This document shows, one piece after another, positions 52,181 to 64,000 of a DNA stretch of 64,000 nucleotides. The stretch's first letter is position 1, and each line of letters begins with the position of its first letter. The notes below the pieces were generated by a model. The model was not told the DNA's origin, ran no database searches, and saw nothing but the letters and a program-made list of their open reading frames with translations. The DNA is from Vicugna vicugna (Eukaryota). The DNA lies in assembly GCA_013265495.1 (NCBI GenBank), contig MU058781.1, positions 8,909,009 through 8,973,008 of the forward strand. Reading direction: 5' to 3'. A program made the position numbers and the translations under genes.

Positions 52181-54285
52181 CTGCATTCATCATATTCTGA
52201 ACTAAGAAAGTATAGACATGTCTGTTTAGTGTGTCGCCATATATAATGTCACATTAGTTACTCATTCAGTCTGCCAGAGTCAAATGTTTGCAAGGTCCAA
52301 ATTAGTGAAAAAAAAAACTTATTTTTAAATATTTTAAAGGAATATTTAGTGTATGCTAAAATAATAATAATAAATAAATAAACCTGAAAGTTTATTGCTT
52401 TCAAGTAATTTCAACTTATTTCAAGTAATTAGACAAATTCACTATTTCAAGGAAGAGTACCTTGTGATTCTTTAAGTAGAAATGAGTGATAACATTTTCT
52501 AAGACATCAGTAAGACTAAAAAGGAAATGTTGTTTAACCACAGAAAAATTCTTAACCTAGCTAGTAATTAAAATAATACAAATTTAAATTATAATAAGGT
52601 ATTATTTTTACCTATAAAATGACTAACGATTTTTTAATTGAGACTACCAAGTGCTAGATTGGAATATAAATTTGAGAGCCTTAAAACTCATGTCATTTAG
52701 CTCAGCAATTCAGCTTCTGAAAATCTATTCTAAGGAAATATTTCTTAAGGCAGAAGTAACACTTTCCACAAAATTGTTCACTATTATTAATGATAACGAG
52801 GAGAGAGGAAAAAACTCATTCACCATGAAGGAAATTAATAAGTATATCATAATATATATGTGAAGTGGAATAATGCCCAGCTGATAAATATTATTTACAC
52901 AGAATTTATAACAATGTGGGAAATGGTCATATTATTAGAGAAAGGATGGGAACAGAATTTTACATAAGTTGGGATGTTCTATTTGAAAACAACAAAAGAA
53001 TGAAGATAGAAAGAAATACTAAAAACTTCAGTCTCTTAAGCTCAGACATTCTGCTTACGATCTCATTTATATAAATATGCCACTCCTTTTTTCACTTTTG
53101 CTACAAATGTGTAAGTGGGCTGTTCTTTTTCCAAATTATCTCACATGTCAAGTTTTGAGGGTCATAATATAATTTTTATCTTAGAGCAGAAATATCTTTA
53201 GATAACACATTTAGGTTTTCCAAATATTTTCATTTCCATTAGCCGTTTAAATTTGTGGTTTTCAGTGTATTATTTAAGTATCTCCTTTTGCTACATAACT
53301 CTTCTGGAAGAAGTATACATTTCCTGGAATTTTCTCCTTGCTTGCACATCTGTCTACCTCCCTAAACTCCACAAAATTAGATTTCCGAGATGGTATTTCA
53401 GTGGCTGTTAGGAATTGGAACCTATATATTTGTTTTAATTTTTTTTTCGGTCCTTAAGCACATGGGGATTATTTAACATTTTCTAAGCACACATGATCCA
53501 TTTACAAAGACAAAGCGCCTTGTGTTTCTATAGTTATTTTTATGTAAAGCTATTAAAGGAACAGGAAACATCTTTCGACCACCTTTCTCCCTGCAACTGC
53601 CCCAAAAATAGTCGTTAGTATTAAACATAACAGTGACTAAAATTGTTTCCCATAGATCCGTGGAGAAAGGCTGCAAAGTAACACTGAAGCATTTGGGGTT
53701 ATTTATAATAAAGCCTGTGCAAGAGAAACAAGATGCCAGCTCACGTGTCAGGCAGACAGTGGCAGCTGCGTTGTTACTACGTGGCACTGTCCCATCCTAA
53801 ATCAAGTGGGAGATGGGTACTGGTTGACAGATACTGTCATCAGTGCAAACATTATTAAAATAATTAAAAGCTTTTTTTTTAATTTTAAAGACAGACTGGT
53901 TGGTTGTTGGGGCTTTCCCAGCTCTGATGCTCAGGGCTCCAGTGACGAATTCCTGCACCAGATTTTTCATCCAGCCAAAGCCTGAGCTATGACTTTTCAT
54001 CCCAGTGGGACAGTGCAGCTATGTTCTTGGCGTTTTCTGCCTATTACCAGTTAGGGTCTGTGAACAGAATCTCCATTTGTGAGAACCTCATTGTGGAGAG
54101 CATGCAGTGGTCTTTTCATTTTGATTGATGGTTCTGGTTCTGCACCATCTGGCTTCTGATAGGCTGCATTAATCATATCCTGAACTAAGAAAGTGTAGAC
54201 ATGTCTGTTTAATATGTACCCATACATAATGTAACATTAGTTATTCATTCAGCTTGCAAAACAGAGTCATGATGTATGCAAGGTC
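52181..54285 (+). repeat. Dispersed direct repeat, copies 52181-52297 and 54164-54285
   Basis: Both read ctgcatt-atcatat-ctgaactaagaaagt-tagacatgtctgttta...taatgt-acattagtta-tcattcag...cagagtca...tgcaaggtc. Confidence 0.92.
52530..53030 (+). mobile_element. Ancient L1ME-type remnant
   Basis: ctagtaattaaaataatacaaatttaaa and ctcagcaattcagcttctgaaaatctattctaaggaaata. Confidence 0.7.
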
Positions 54286-57200
54286 TTTATATAGTAAAAC
54301 ATAAATATTAATATGCGACCCATTAATGCTGTTTCCACTTGTACTCACCTCCCACTAGTACATTTGTTTATGAAGATTGAGGAATTAAGAGAAAGAAGAC
54401 CATGTGCGCATTTACATGCACCTACAGTTCTGCCGCTGTCTCGTATGAATTTAGACTGATGTATGCCTGTAGTTCTTACCTCGTGCACATTTGCTTTACA
54501 TCTTTCTAACTGCCTCTTAAAATACAGGTTAAATGCGAGCAGCAGCAGAGGTCCACTGTTTCTCATGTGAGCTGCGTGCATCAAATGTAGGTCATCCGTG
54601 TGCTGGGGTTGCTGGGGTTGTGCGTGGCCCTGCTCTTTTGTGCTGCCTCCGGCTGGGCCCACTTTTGACACACTCTGTCTCCTGCTGTGTAATAACGTCC
54701 AGAAAAAAGGTGGGGGGGGCAGGAATTCACAAGTCAAACAAAGTTTGCTCCAGATTTAGGACTATGACACTTATCAGTAGCTTAAATTTGATTTTAGAAA
54801 TTTGCTAGGACCTTTTCCAGTGAAGAGAGATTTAGTGTTCATTAATCATAATCCTTTGAGTATGTTGAGGAGGGAGGGTAAAAGAGGATTTAAATTCTCC
54901 TGGGAAGTTATCTTGTATAGAATTGCCAGAGCATATTTCATGTGGTAGCAAATTAAAACCGTAACTTTATGAAACACATTTTATGTTTTATTAATTATGT
55001 TGTGTCCTGACAGCACCATATTCCTGTGTGGTTACGTCTTCTTATATATGCCTTAAATTCAAAGTATGTATTTTAATGGATCATTCTGCTGAAGAATGAA
55101 TGAAGGTTAAAGTTTGTGTGTTGCAGAATGCAAAATACAGTCCGCACTGTACCAGGAATCAGTCATGGAAGGGTGCATGGGAAACAAGGCAGGTTTTGTT
55201 GATAAAGGAGTAAACTGAAGCTTCTGCTTGAAACATCCTGTCACTAAGGTTTAATTTGTCACATAAGCACTGTGAACATTACCAATAGAAACTATATAAA
55301 AGCTAATCCATGAGTCCAAACGGACATCATGAAAGTTTAAGATATTAAGGTAACATTATATATAAAGCTGGAAAAAAATCATTTTTAAGAGTAAAAACAG
55401 TAAAATTAAATATTCAGCACATCCATTTCTTACTTTAAAGCTAATTTTAGCTGGTTCTTCCAATAACTTAGGTTCCATTATCGCTTAATTCATTCTATTA
55501 ATCAATTTCTTAAAATCAACTCAACTGCCAAGAACACTGCGCCGACAAACTGGAGAGTAGAAAATCTATAGCAAATGGAGCTGTGACCGTGAGAATGCCA
55601 ACATAGTTCTAGGAATTTGTGAAAAGCACTGATTTTTGCTAAGGAAGGCAGGGTGCATGTCTTGGCTGTGCCACTCGACTGGCTGGATGGTATTGAAAAT
55701 GGGTTCAAACTAGCTAGCCTATTTCCAGATTAACCCTCCTAAGACAGAGTAGGCCTAGTGAGGTTTTTATCTTAAAAAAGAAATGTCTTTAATAATCTCA
55801 AATCTGATTTCTTGTCTTAATATGGAGATCATCCCTGCTCCGTGTACCTTTACTGTTTGTGAGGGTCAAACGGTGCATGTGTTACAAACTTCTAAATGCG
55901 ATAAAAATATACGTACTGCCATTTTTGTTAATTAAACTTGCCTGGATTTCATCTGTTATATTCACGAGAGTCTGCACAGGGATACGTTCTCCTCCTGTGT
56001 CACAGAAAATCTAAGACCCAATGAAATGATGAATACATGCGTTTCCTGGTACCCAAGTTCCTCTTGTATAAATTCCCTCTAGAGTTTACAGCAGGGGTGG
56101 AAGACTTTTTTCCCCTGTAAAGGACCATATGCTCGTGAAATCCAATGTAATTTAATTTCCTTCTTCAGGCAACATACACACTGTTGGACTGTGCTTCTTT
56201 AAAATTAAGAACATTCATCCTGAAGCTCGGACAGGACTGAAAGGGTTGGACTTCTAAACCAAAACATTTCATTAGTTCAGGGAGGCAGTGCCAAAAAGAC
56301 AGCTTTCAGAGGCTGGGGCTTCACTTCTCTGCTGGAGAGCCGGGGCCACGCCGGAGGGCGGGCACGAACAGATGGACACGTTAGCGAAGCAGACAGCTCT
56401 CCCTTCTTGCAGAAGTCGTCGTCAGACTTTGCTTTAAAATGCACTGAAGCCCCGGAATGCCAAGTAAACCTCTCTCAAATAATTAATACAAGAACACAAG
56501 TGATTTTTAAATGTGTAACATTTTGATGAATCTACACTATTATTTTCTGGCATTATTATGAATATGTGAACGTTTAGATTATGATTGAATTTTTAAGCAC
56601 CTTTTCATGTGCTTCCGGCTTGTCGGAAGGACACGTGGCTGGCTCTCCAAATCAAGGGAAAGTAACTTCCATTCGAGGCTGTATTTTGTGTTTGCTTGGA
56701 CTTTAGGTGAAATCAGGTGCCACTGTACCCTGAGCCTCGTGTCACAGGGCAGATCTTAATGTCTGTAAACAGTAATTCTTGCCCTGATGGCCAACATTGT
56801 AAATGAGACTCAGAAGTTATTAGAGGAAATTTAGTAGAACTGGCATTTGTTTATTCAGTCACACTGTGTGCAAGACACTGGGAACACAAAGAATAGGATA
56901 TTGTGTGGCCCCAGATCTCAACCTGCTCACAGTGCATTGGGGAGGATAGAAATGAGCAGCTAATTTTAATTCCGACAGTCCTGCCAACTACCGCTCACAC
57001 CACTATTATGAATTATTCTATTGGTAGTAGTAGTGTTAATAGCAGACCGTACATATGTAAACCATATTATACAAAACTTTGGAAGCACAAGGAATTCAAT
57101 ACTAACTTCACGCCTGAAAACAGTTGTGGGAAGCAAGCCTCATTAATTATTTGATTCAGATGAATTTGTTCTTTATTCCCCTAAGGCCTAAGAATGCCCA

Positions 57201-60200
57201 CAGTGTGTTCCCGAAGACTCGTATTTAGATTTGTCTAAACTGCAGTGGTCCTTGAGCCAGCTCACCAAGAGCGTAACCGTGCCAGCGTACCTCTTTGGGT
57301 TTCACATCTGGCTTAAATTGTAGCCAAAAGGCTTAGCACATACCTGTCCAAATAACTTTTCAGTGCATTTTCCTTAATGGCACTCTGCCCTCATGTATTA
57401 TTTCTTTTGACTCTATCTCAAATCATAAAGATAATACTGAGGAATTACTTCCTAACTCTCTCTCCTCTGCTGCAATAAATTATTTGCACTTCTACTCTTC
57501 CCCAAGGCCTCCAAGGTTATTGACAATCCAGACTAATGTCTACCATTTCCATCCCCTCCCCCCAGCCCCTTGCTAATGTGTCCTGCACCTTATCCATAGG
57601 CGTGGAGTAAGTATACGGATTGGAATAAAAGCAGAAAACTATTGGGAGGAAGCTGGAGGGTGGGACAGACATGCATTAATGCATTGTCAGCACTAATGTG
57701 AACAAAAGTTCCCCCAGACTCATCCCACTCATAATAGGGAAAGAATATTTGCTCTCTGGAATTCCACATTTCAGTTAACCTAATATGCTGCAATTATTTA
57801 GTTTCCTGTTGAAGATACTGTTCTTGCTAAAGAAGCTGTTTCTCTTTAGTAACAGTTGATCATCCTGTGTATTACTAGTTATGAGTTATTTCAGTTATTT
57901 ACAATGTGTACTTGACCTTCACTGCCAAAGGTAGGTTTATCCTAGGAAAGAAACAGACTACTCTTAACTTCTTTTCTTTGACACAGCCTGATACCTGTTT
58001 TCAAACTGCCTGTTTTCAGAAGGTAATGAAAACATGAAAAAGCCTAGAAATGATAAAAAGGCTAAAGTCTTCTAAATATATGAGATGAGATGTTTACCTT
58101 TTGAAAGAGTCTTTATTTTTATGATCTAGGGGTTTTTTTTTCCATAAATGCATATAAAAATGTGAATTGGTTTTCTTTTCCCAAGCGATAATTTTGTTAG
58201 AATTCTTCATTCAAAGAATCTATTCATGGGGTAAAATGGTAGCATGATTGCTGTTTAAGCTCATTATTTTCAGATGGTAGAAAAACAGAATAATAAAAGG
58301 AAGGCCTCTTATATGGTTAATATAAATGTTAGACAGGAGAGAGCGATACTTGCCAGAATCAAATGACATGCAAGCCAGGGAGTCCTTATTTTTCCCCAGA
58401 GTAGAAAGTCTCCGTGTCATAGCTGTTTAACTTTCCATTCCACATCCACTGTTTAGAAACATTTCTCGAACACCTCTGTATAACATATGCCTATGCCTTG
58501 TACTCAGAGTTTCCTCTTTCCTCTTTTCAATCTCATTTCAGTTTTATTCCTGCTGTTTTATTCATTTCCCCCTTTCTCCCTTTAACGTTAACAGAGCGGT
58601 TCACTTTCATATGTGTCACCGGGACCGTATTTTTGTTCCAAATGTTGCTTTTATTTCAGATGCTGCCCTGAACCCCCAAAGGTCTGGGGAAATAGTTTAT
58701 TGCCATCTCTATTTTGTCCTGCAAAAGAAAGTGATTCTCCCAAACAGACTCAGCAGCTCCCCCACAATAACCAACGTTATCAGGGTGTGTGTGAGTCTGG
58801 GGGAAACCGTCATTTTATCATTTCAGCCATAGGCAGCCACAACGCCAAGATTTTTTAAATGCTCATCTTTTAATGAACATAATTTTATTTCTAGCATTTC
58901 TGTAATCCAAATGTGCCCAGACATCTGGGCAGCATGGTGAAGATGAGGAAGACCGTGTGTTCTGCAGCTCAGGTGAATCTGGCTGAAAATGGGCATCTTC
59001 TTCATTAGCTATGAAACTCCGGGCACATTTCCTCAGCTAGCTGACCATCTCCTTTGTCATTGGTAAACTAGGGGAACCATTGTATTTATTTTTCTAAGTA
59101 CTCGTAAAATGTCTTACCCATTTCTTTTCCCTTCCCACTAAAGAATTACTGTTTAGTATGCTCAGTAGTGTAGACACTTGGAAATACTGAATTATTAAAT
59201 GTTTTCTTGTTTTATTTCTCACGCCTTTCCATTGCAATTGAGAAAAATACATTGTCATGAAAATGTACACACATCACAGATTGGCTCGATCAAGCCCACT
59301 TTTATATGTAAGTTCACAGTCAGATCCAGCCCTGGAGAAGGCTGTGAAGCCAGGTTTGCCTCTTCTGGCCATTACCTTCCCCCCTTCCCCTCTGCCTGAC
59401 CTGTCCACTACCCCCTCTCGCTGTCTCCAGTCACCCGCAGCCAACTGCTTGCAGGAAAGAATAGGATAAACCCATCCATTACCAGGTATAAATTATTGAA
59501 AAGGGTCAGAATGAGAATCTCACTGGCTGTTTTCATTTTAGCAGAAGAGATGAGGACTTCAGCCTGTCTTCACTGCTGGTTGCTGATTCTCCCGTATTCA
59601 TGAACCTTCTTATTTTCTACCAGACTTTCTGGAACTTGCCGTTTCCAATGTCCCTGAAAATTATAACTTGAAATCAGTCTTTTCCCCTTTACGAGGTTGC
59701 TTTTGATGACTTGTGACCCCAGCAGAGAGATCCACAAATCACTGGGAGCTGTTCCTTTCGGGCAGGAGCTCATTATCCTTTGTGGCCATGTAGTCCGGTA
59801 AAATGCAGTGTCATCAAGGAGGAGAACTGGGAGCAGAAGAGACGATGGCAGCGACAGCACGACGACCAGAAGTAGTTATTTGTGGTCATCAGTGTGTCCT
59901 AAGAAAGACATAATAGCGCTGGAGCAGGTAGAGAAAAATAATTTCCACCTTCAGTGCAAAATCAATAGGACTATGCCTTTCCTTAAAATCCTCACTGATG
60001 GAAAATATATGAAAGTCAACGAAAATCTTGTTAATTATTAGGATATTTATTACAGGCAAAAATACCCTGTTTCTCTCAGGTAAATGAAAATAGTACTGTC
60101 TCTAAAATCACTAATAAGGGAGAGACTGGGAGGACGCGTAGGTAATTACCAGTAATCTCAGCTTCCTGCTGACTCTGTGTCTTTCTTTGTTGTATTCTTC

Positions 60201-60309
60201 TGATAGAGGATGTGGTCAGATACGAAAGATCCAGGAGGAGGAATCCACTCAGCTGCTCAATGTTCCCATGAACATATGAATAATACTCTGTCAAGCCCTG
60301 GGTTACATG

Positions 60310-60470
60310 CTGCCTTGTGTGTTTGCTTAATTATGTCTTAGCAACTAGATTATAAATTTCTCTTGGGTAGAGACTGTGTCTTATATTTTTAAATCCCTTA
60401 AAGGAAACTAGGCTAGTAGTTGACATTCAATAGGTTCTAAGTGAATACTTGCTGAGTGGAACTGAATTTA
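60310..60470 (+). mobile_element. L2 3' end
   Basis: actagattataaatttctcttgggtagagactgtgtctt...aatacttgctgagtg. Confidence 0.7.
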
Positions 60471-61863
60471 TGGTAAAGTTACTTAGCAAATTACCTGTGT
60501 AGAGGCCAGACGTAAACACTAGAGGAGTCTGAAGTGATTTTCTTTGGAACAGCTTGGACATGGCTGGTGTGGTTTGCCTTGGACACACCTTTTAGGATAA
60601 CACTTCAATTCAGGCAGATTGGTACCTTGCATCTTTCAGAGAGACCTGTGCACTTGGTGACCAAATCATGCTTCTACCCAAGGTTCTCAACCGGGGCTGA
60701 CATTCGTTCCTCTCTGACAGTGTATTGGCACATAGCGCCCAGGTGTCCGGGATGCTAACTCAACATCCTAAACGCTGCACAGTGCAGATCTTCCCAGAGT
60801 AAAAGTGTGCTCATGATACTGCCAGTACCCGTCACTGGGAACCCTGGATTCCTTAAAGCTTCTGTCCTTCCTGCGACTCAGACCTCACGTTCACCTCTCC
60901 CCGCTGTCCTCTGTGTTTAAGCCTTTCCGAGCTACTTGATTCTTGATCAAGCCAATCTCTGTCTACTTCTTTATCTTCACAGATTCTGTTTCTTCTTCTC
61001 TTGTCCTACTTTGTCTTCTTCCAGCCTGTCTGGACTCAGCTCAGGCACCATCTCCTCCAAGAGACTTTTGCTTATTACAAACCCAGACTGGGATAAGTGG
61101 CGTTTTTATAGGCTTTCAAAGCACTCTGTGCTTTCTTTGGTCGTGACATTTCTCCCAGTGAATTGTGATGGTTTTGCTTTCTGTCTCTGTTACTAAACTG
61201 AAATCTACTTAAGGAGTTGGATATCCCAGGATCTCACCGAGTGCCTGACACATACTGAGCACTTAATAAATAGTTTTTTGAATGAGTGAATCAATCAAGG
61301 CAGTTTTTAGACAGGAATTAGTTCATGCAGCAAATATTTACTGTGTACTTTTCGTAACTAGAAAGAGCCTTGGCATGAGGCATACGAGGGTATCAGCAAC
61401 ACGGGCGTCGTGGATGGGGAGGAGAGCTCGTGCAGGGGAACGGAGGAGGTCAGGAGAAAGGAAGGAAGAAGATCCTTGCAGAGGGGCCGCGCAGGCTCGA
61501 GTCACTTGGTAGCTCTGGCTGTGCGTGGGACTCAGTGCCAGGCCCCGTCAGTGCTGTTCTTTTTTTCTCTGCCCCACCAAGAATATTTTTATATGTATTG
61601 TTTCGAAAGTTTGACTTAGACCCTCTGTGGGGTTTTATCTGTATTTTTTTCAGATCATTCATGTAACAAGTAATGCTTTAAGATAGCACCCCTGGGGAGA
61701 GCTGCCTTAGCACAGCTCCACTGATCAGGCGATACTGTTAGAAGAAGAAACATTTACCTAATATGAACCGATGCTGTTTTTATAAAAGGTCTGTGCAGTC
61801 CGTTGGACACCTGTGTTTTTGTGCATAGCTGCCTGCACGCCCAAGTGCGTAGGAGAGTGCAAT

Positions 61864-62045
61864 TGTCTTACTCAGCTCGGGTTGCTGTAACAAAATCCTG
61901 TAGACTGGATGGACTCAACAGCTGACTTTGTCACAGTGATGGGGGCTAGGAAGTCCCAGATCAAGGCGCTGGCAGATTCAGTGTCTGGTGAGGTCTTTTC
62001 TCCTGGCTTATAAGCAACTGTTTCCTCATTGTGTCCTCATGTGCC
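61864..62045 (-). mobile_element. MLT1A-like MaLR LTR fragment
   Basis: tgtcttactcagctcgggttgctgtaacaaaa...aagtcccagatcaaggcgctggcagattcagtgtctggtgagg. Confidence 0.85.
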
Positions 62046-64000
62046 CACCAGTGCTGTTCCAAACAAGGTCCAGACAGCCAGTCCCCTAAATGTGTGGATC
62101 TCAAATGAGCTAACTACTGGAGCAAGCACTTAGGAATTTGACAAAATAACTTATAAGTCAATTGGTTCCTGATATATTGAAACTTTTTTTAGGAAAGGAA
62201 AGGAAGAAAGGAGGGAAGAGGTTTTTTTTTTAAGCTGGTCTTCACCGCAGATAGCTTGAGCACCATTGGTCAGGGCAATCTGATCCGAGCATAGCCACGA
62301 GTCTGTTTCACACCAGACTCCCAAGTTGGGTGCTGAAGAAGCGGGAACTTACCACTGATTCTTCCCTTCCTTTATTCCCCTCCTGGCAAGGGAATGATTA
62401 ACTTGAGATGGAGGCAAATGGTTAGAATGAGAGTCCTCTCTGAGTACCCGGAGTTCTGGGTAAGAAGTGGCATTGACCAGAGCTGCAGTGCCAAGCAGAA
62501 AACAAAACAACAGAAAAATTTATTTGTATAGATCAAGTCAGCCTGTTAGGAGTTTGGAGAGCGCCAGGACTCCAGAGAAGTTGAGGTACCCAGTTTTCAC
62601 TTCTAGCAGCAAGGTTTATGGCAGGACCTAATTCTGGCCCCTGTCTCCTGATAACTGGTGGCCACCAGGTACCCTCCACCTTGAAGGTGATTAAGTGAAG
62701 AGCTGAAGGATATTGGCTGGATTCATGGACTGGGGACCCTCACTGCCAGCCCCTGAGCAGGTTATTGGAGGCAGCAGCGACATCCTCGGATACAAGGAAC
62801 AGGGCGCCAGAAGGTTCAGAGGTGAAGACCTGTGTTGATCATTTGAACCAAAGCATAGGCAAGAATATAAATAAAATGCCTGAAGAGAAATGGGAAGGAC
62901 AAATTGTAGAAAGGCATCCTTAAAGAATCAATATGAACTAGCTTGGGTGCAGATTAAAGCAAGAAAACATCATTTTTACATAACTATTCCAAGAAGTTAG
63001 AGATGGTAATGGTGGTAGTGCATTTATTGACTATTAAATCAGAAGCAGTATGACCCTCATAAAGATTGTTTATGCAGAGCAGGGTTGAAGAGCCACATGA
63101 TAAAACTTATAAGCTTTACTTACAAGAGTTCTAACTAGGGTAGAAAAAAAAAATCCTGCCAGACAGCATGTCTGCTTTGTTTGGAATAGGAGCATAAATA
63201 TCTAATTTGCCTTGTTACAGAGAAGAATGCATGATCTGTGCCGGCTGTAGCCAAATAATCATTCCATCAGGCTCAGAATGTAGGGAGCATAATTAATTTG
63301 CTGATTCGGCCTAATCCTTATTCTCAGAGGATGAAACCGAAATCTGCAAGTTCATATTTCATTTAGTCATATTTTATTTCTTAGAAGCTAAAAACACTGT
63401 TGCTAGAAGATCAAAAATACAAGCAACCAGTATAGGTCAGTATAGCCTGAATTAGGAAAGTTAAAAACACACACAGTAATAAATCTCTGGAAGTTTGTTT
63501 TTCCCTCAGCATCTCTCTATTTTGTAAGGGTTGTGTTTTTTCTGTTTTTGCGTGTGTCATCAAAGCAGGTGTGTCTGCAGTGATGGCTGCGTCTCATGAG
63601 TGGAAGGTAGGACCGCGGGGACTTTTAATACTAGCATTTCATCACCAAAGCTCTTCTGTTCATTTTTCTGTTGAAGAAAAACAAGGGTGACTAACAGCTC
63701 ACACAAAAGCTTTGTGTTTGTTTTTACACAAAATTGGCTTGATGCTCCTTAAATTAGAGATTGATATTTTCTTTTTGAAATTTGTCAGGCTTTTATTTTT
63801 CAGCTGGTCTCTTGCTCGCCAGCTGCCTTTGTGCATTTGGTGTTTCAGTTCCCTAGTGTCATTGCAATAAACGAAAGCAAATACATTTTTATTAAACTGT
63901 AAAAATGATCAACTATACACTCTTACAGAGAATGTTCGTAATTGTTTGATACTGTTTTCTTTCCACATTGAGTCAACCTGAAAGACTACTGATCGTACCA

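Larger units (their letters stand above)
32317..64000 (+). other. CDKAL1: Start of the following large CDKAL1 intron (runs past the window end)
   Basis: GT donor at 32317. The next expected peptide (IGERQQVLVTEE..., from memory) was not seen in the ORF track or by eye. Confidence 0.85.

Noticed and set aside
62050..62830. Possible ancient LTR-like stretch (similar impression at ~30190-30760 and ~39180-39950)
   Set aside because: Based on composition only. I could not assign termini or a family without a Dfam search.
1..64000. CRISPR array, operon, NUMT, retrogene or intact viral ORF
   Set aside because: No regularly spaced repeats, mitochondrial-like sequence, processed-pseudogene peptide or gag/pol/env ORF was recognised by eye. 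Highly degraded copies could have been missed.

Overview
Mammalian, AT-rich, repeat-dense genomic DNA. It is most likely camelid, judged from Vic-1-like tRNA-Ala-derived SINEs and cetartiodactyl-type L1 3' ends. The window lies inside the CDKAL1 gene (tRNA-Lys(UUU) t6A methylthiotransferase, radical SAM/TRAM family) on the + strand. Two coding exons are present: 6425-6605 (181 nt) and 32254-32316 (63 nt), separated by a ~25.6 kb intron. The rest is intronic: young and old L1 fragments, MIR/L2, hAT and Tigger MITEs, MaLR/ERV LTRs, microsatellites and one 978-N assembly gap. Almost all ORFs in the supplied track are spurious or L1 remnants. I found no convincing new gene or multi-component biological system. 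The most unusual things visible are three short local duplications that known repeats do not explain (a ~110 bp inverted repeat, a ~120 bp direct repeat, and a ~300 bp copy of an L1 5' junction with its genomic flank), plus a probable twin-primed L1 spanning the gap. Repeat family names come from recalled consensus sequences, and repeat boundaries are approximate unless a TSD or terminus is quoted.
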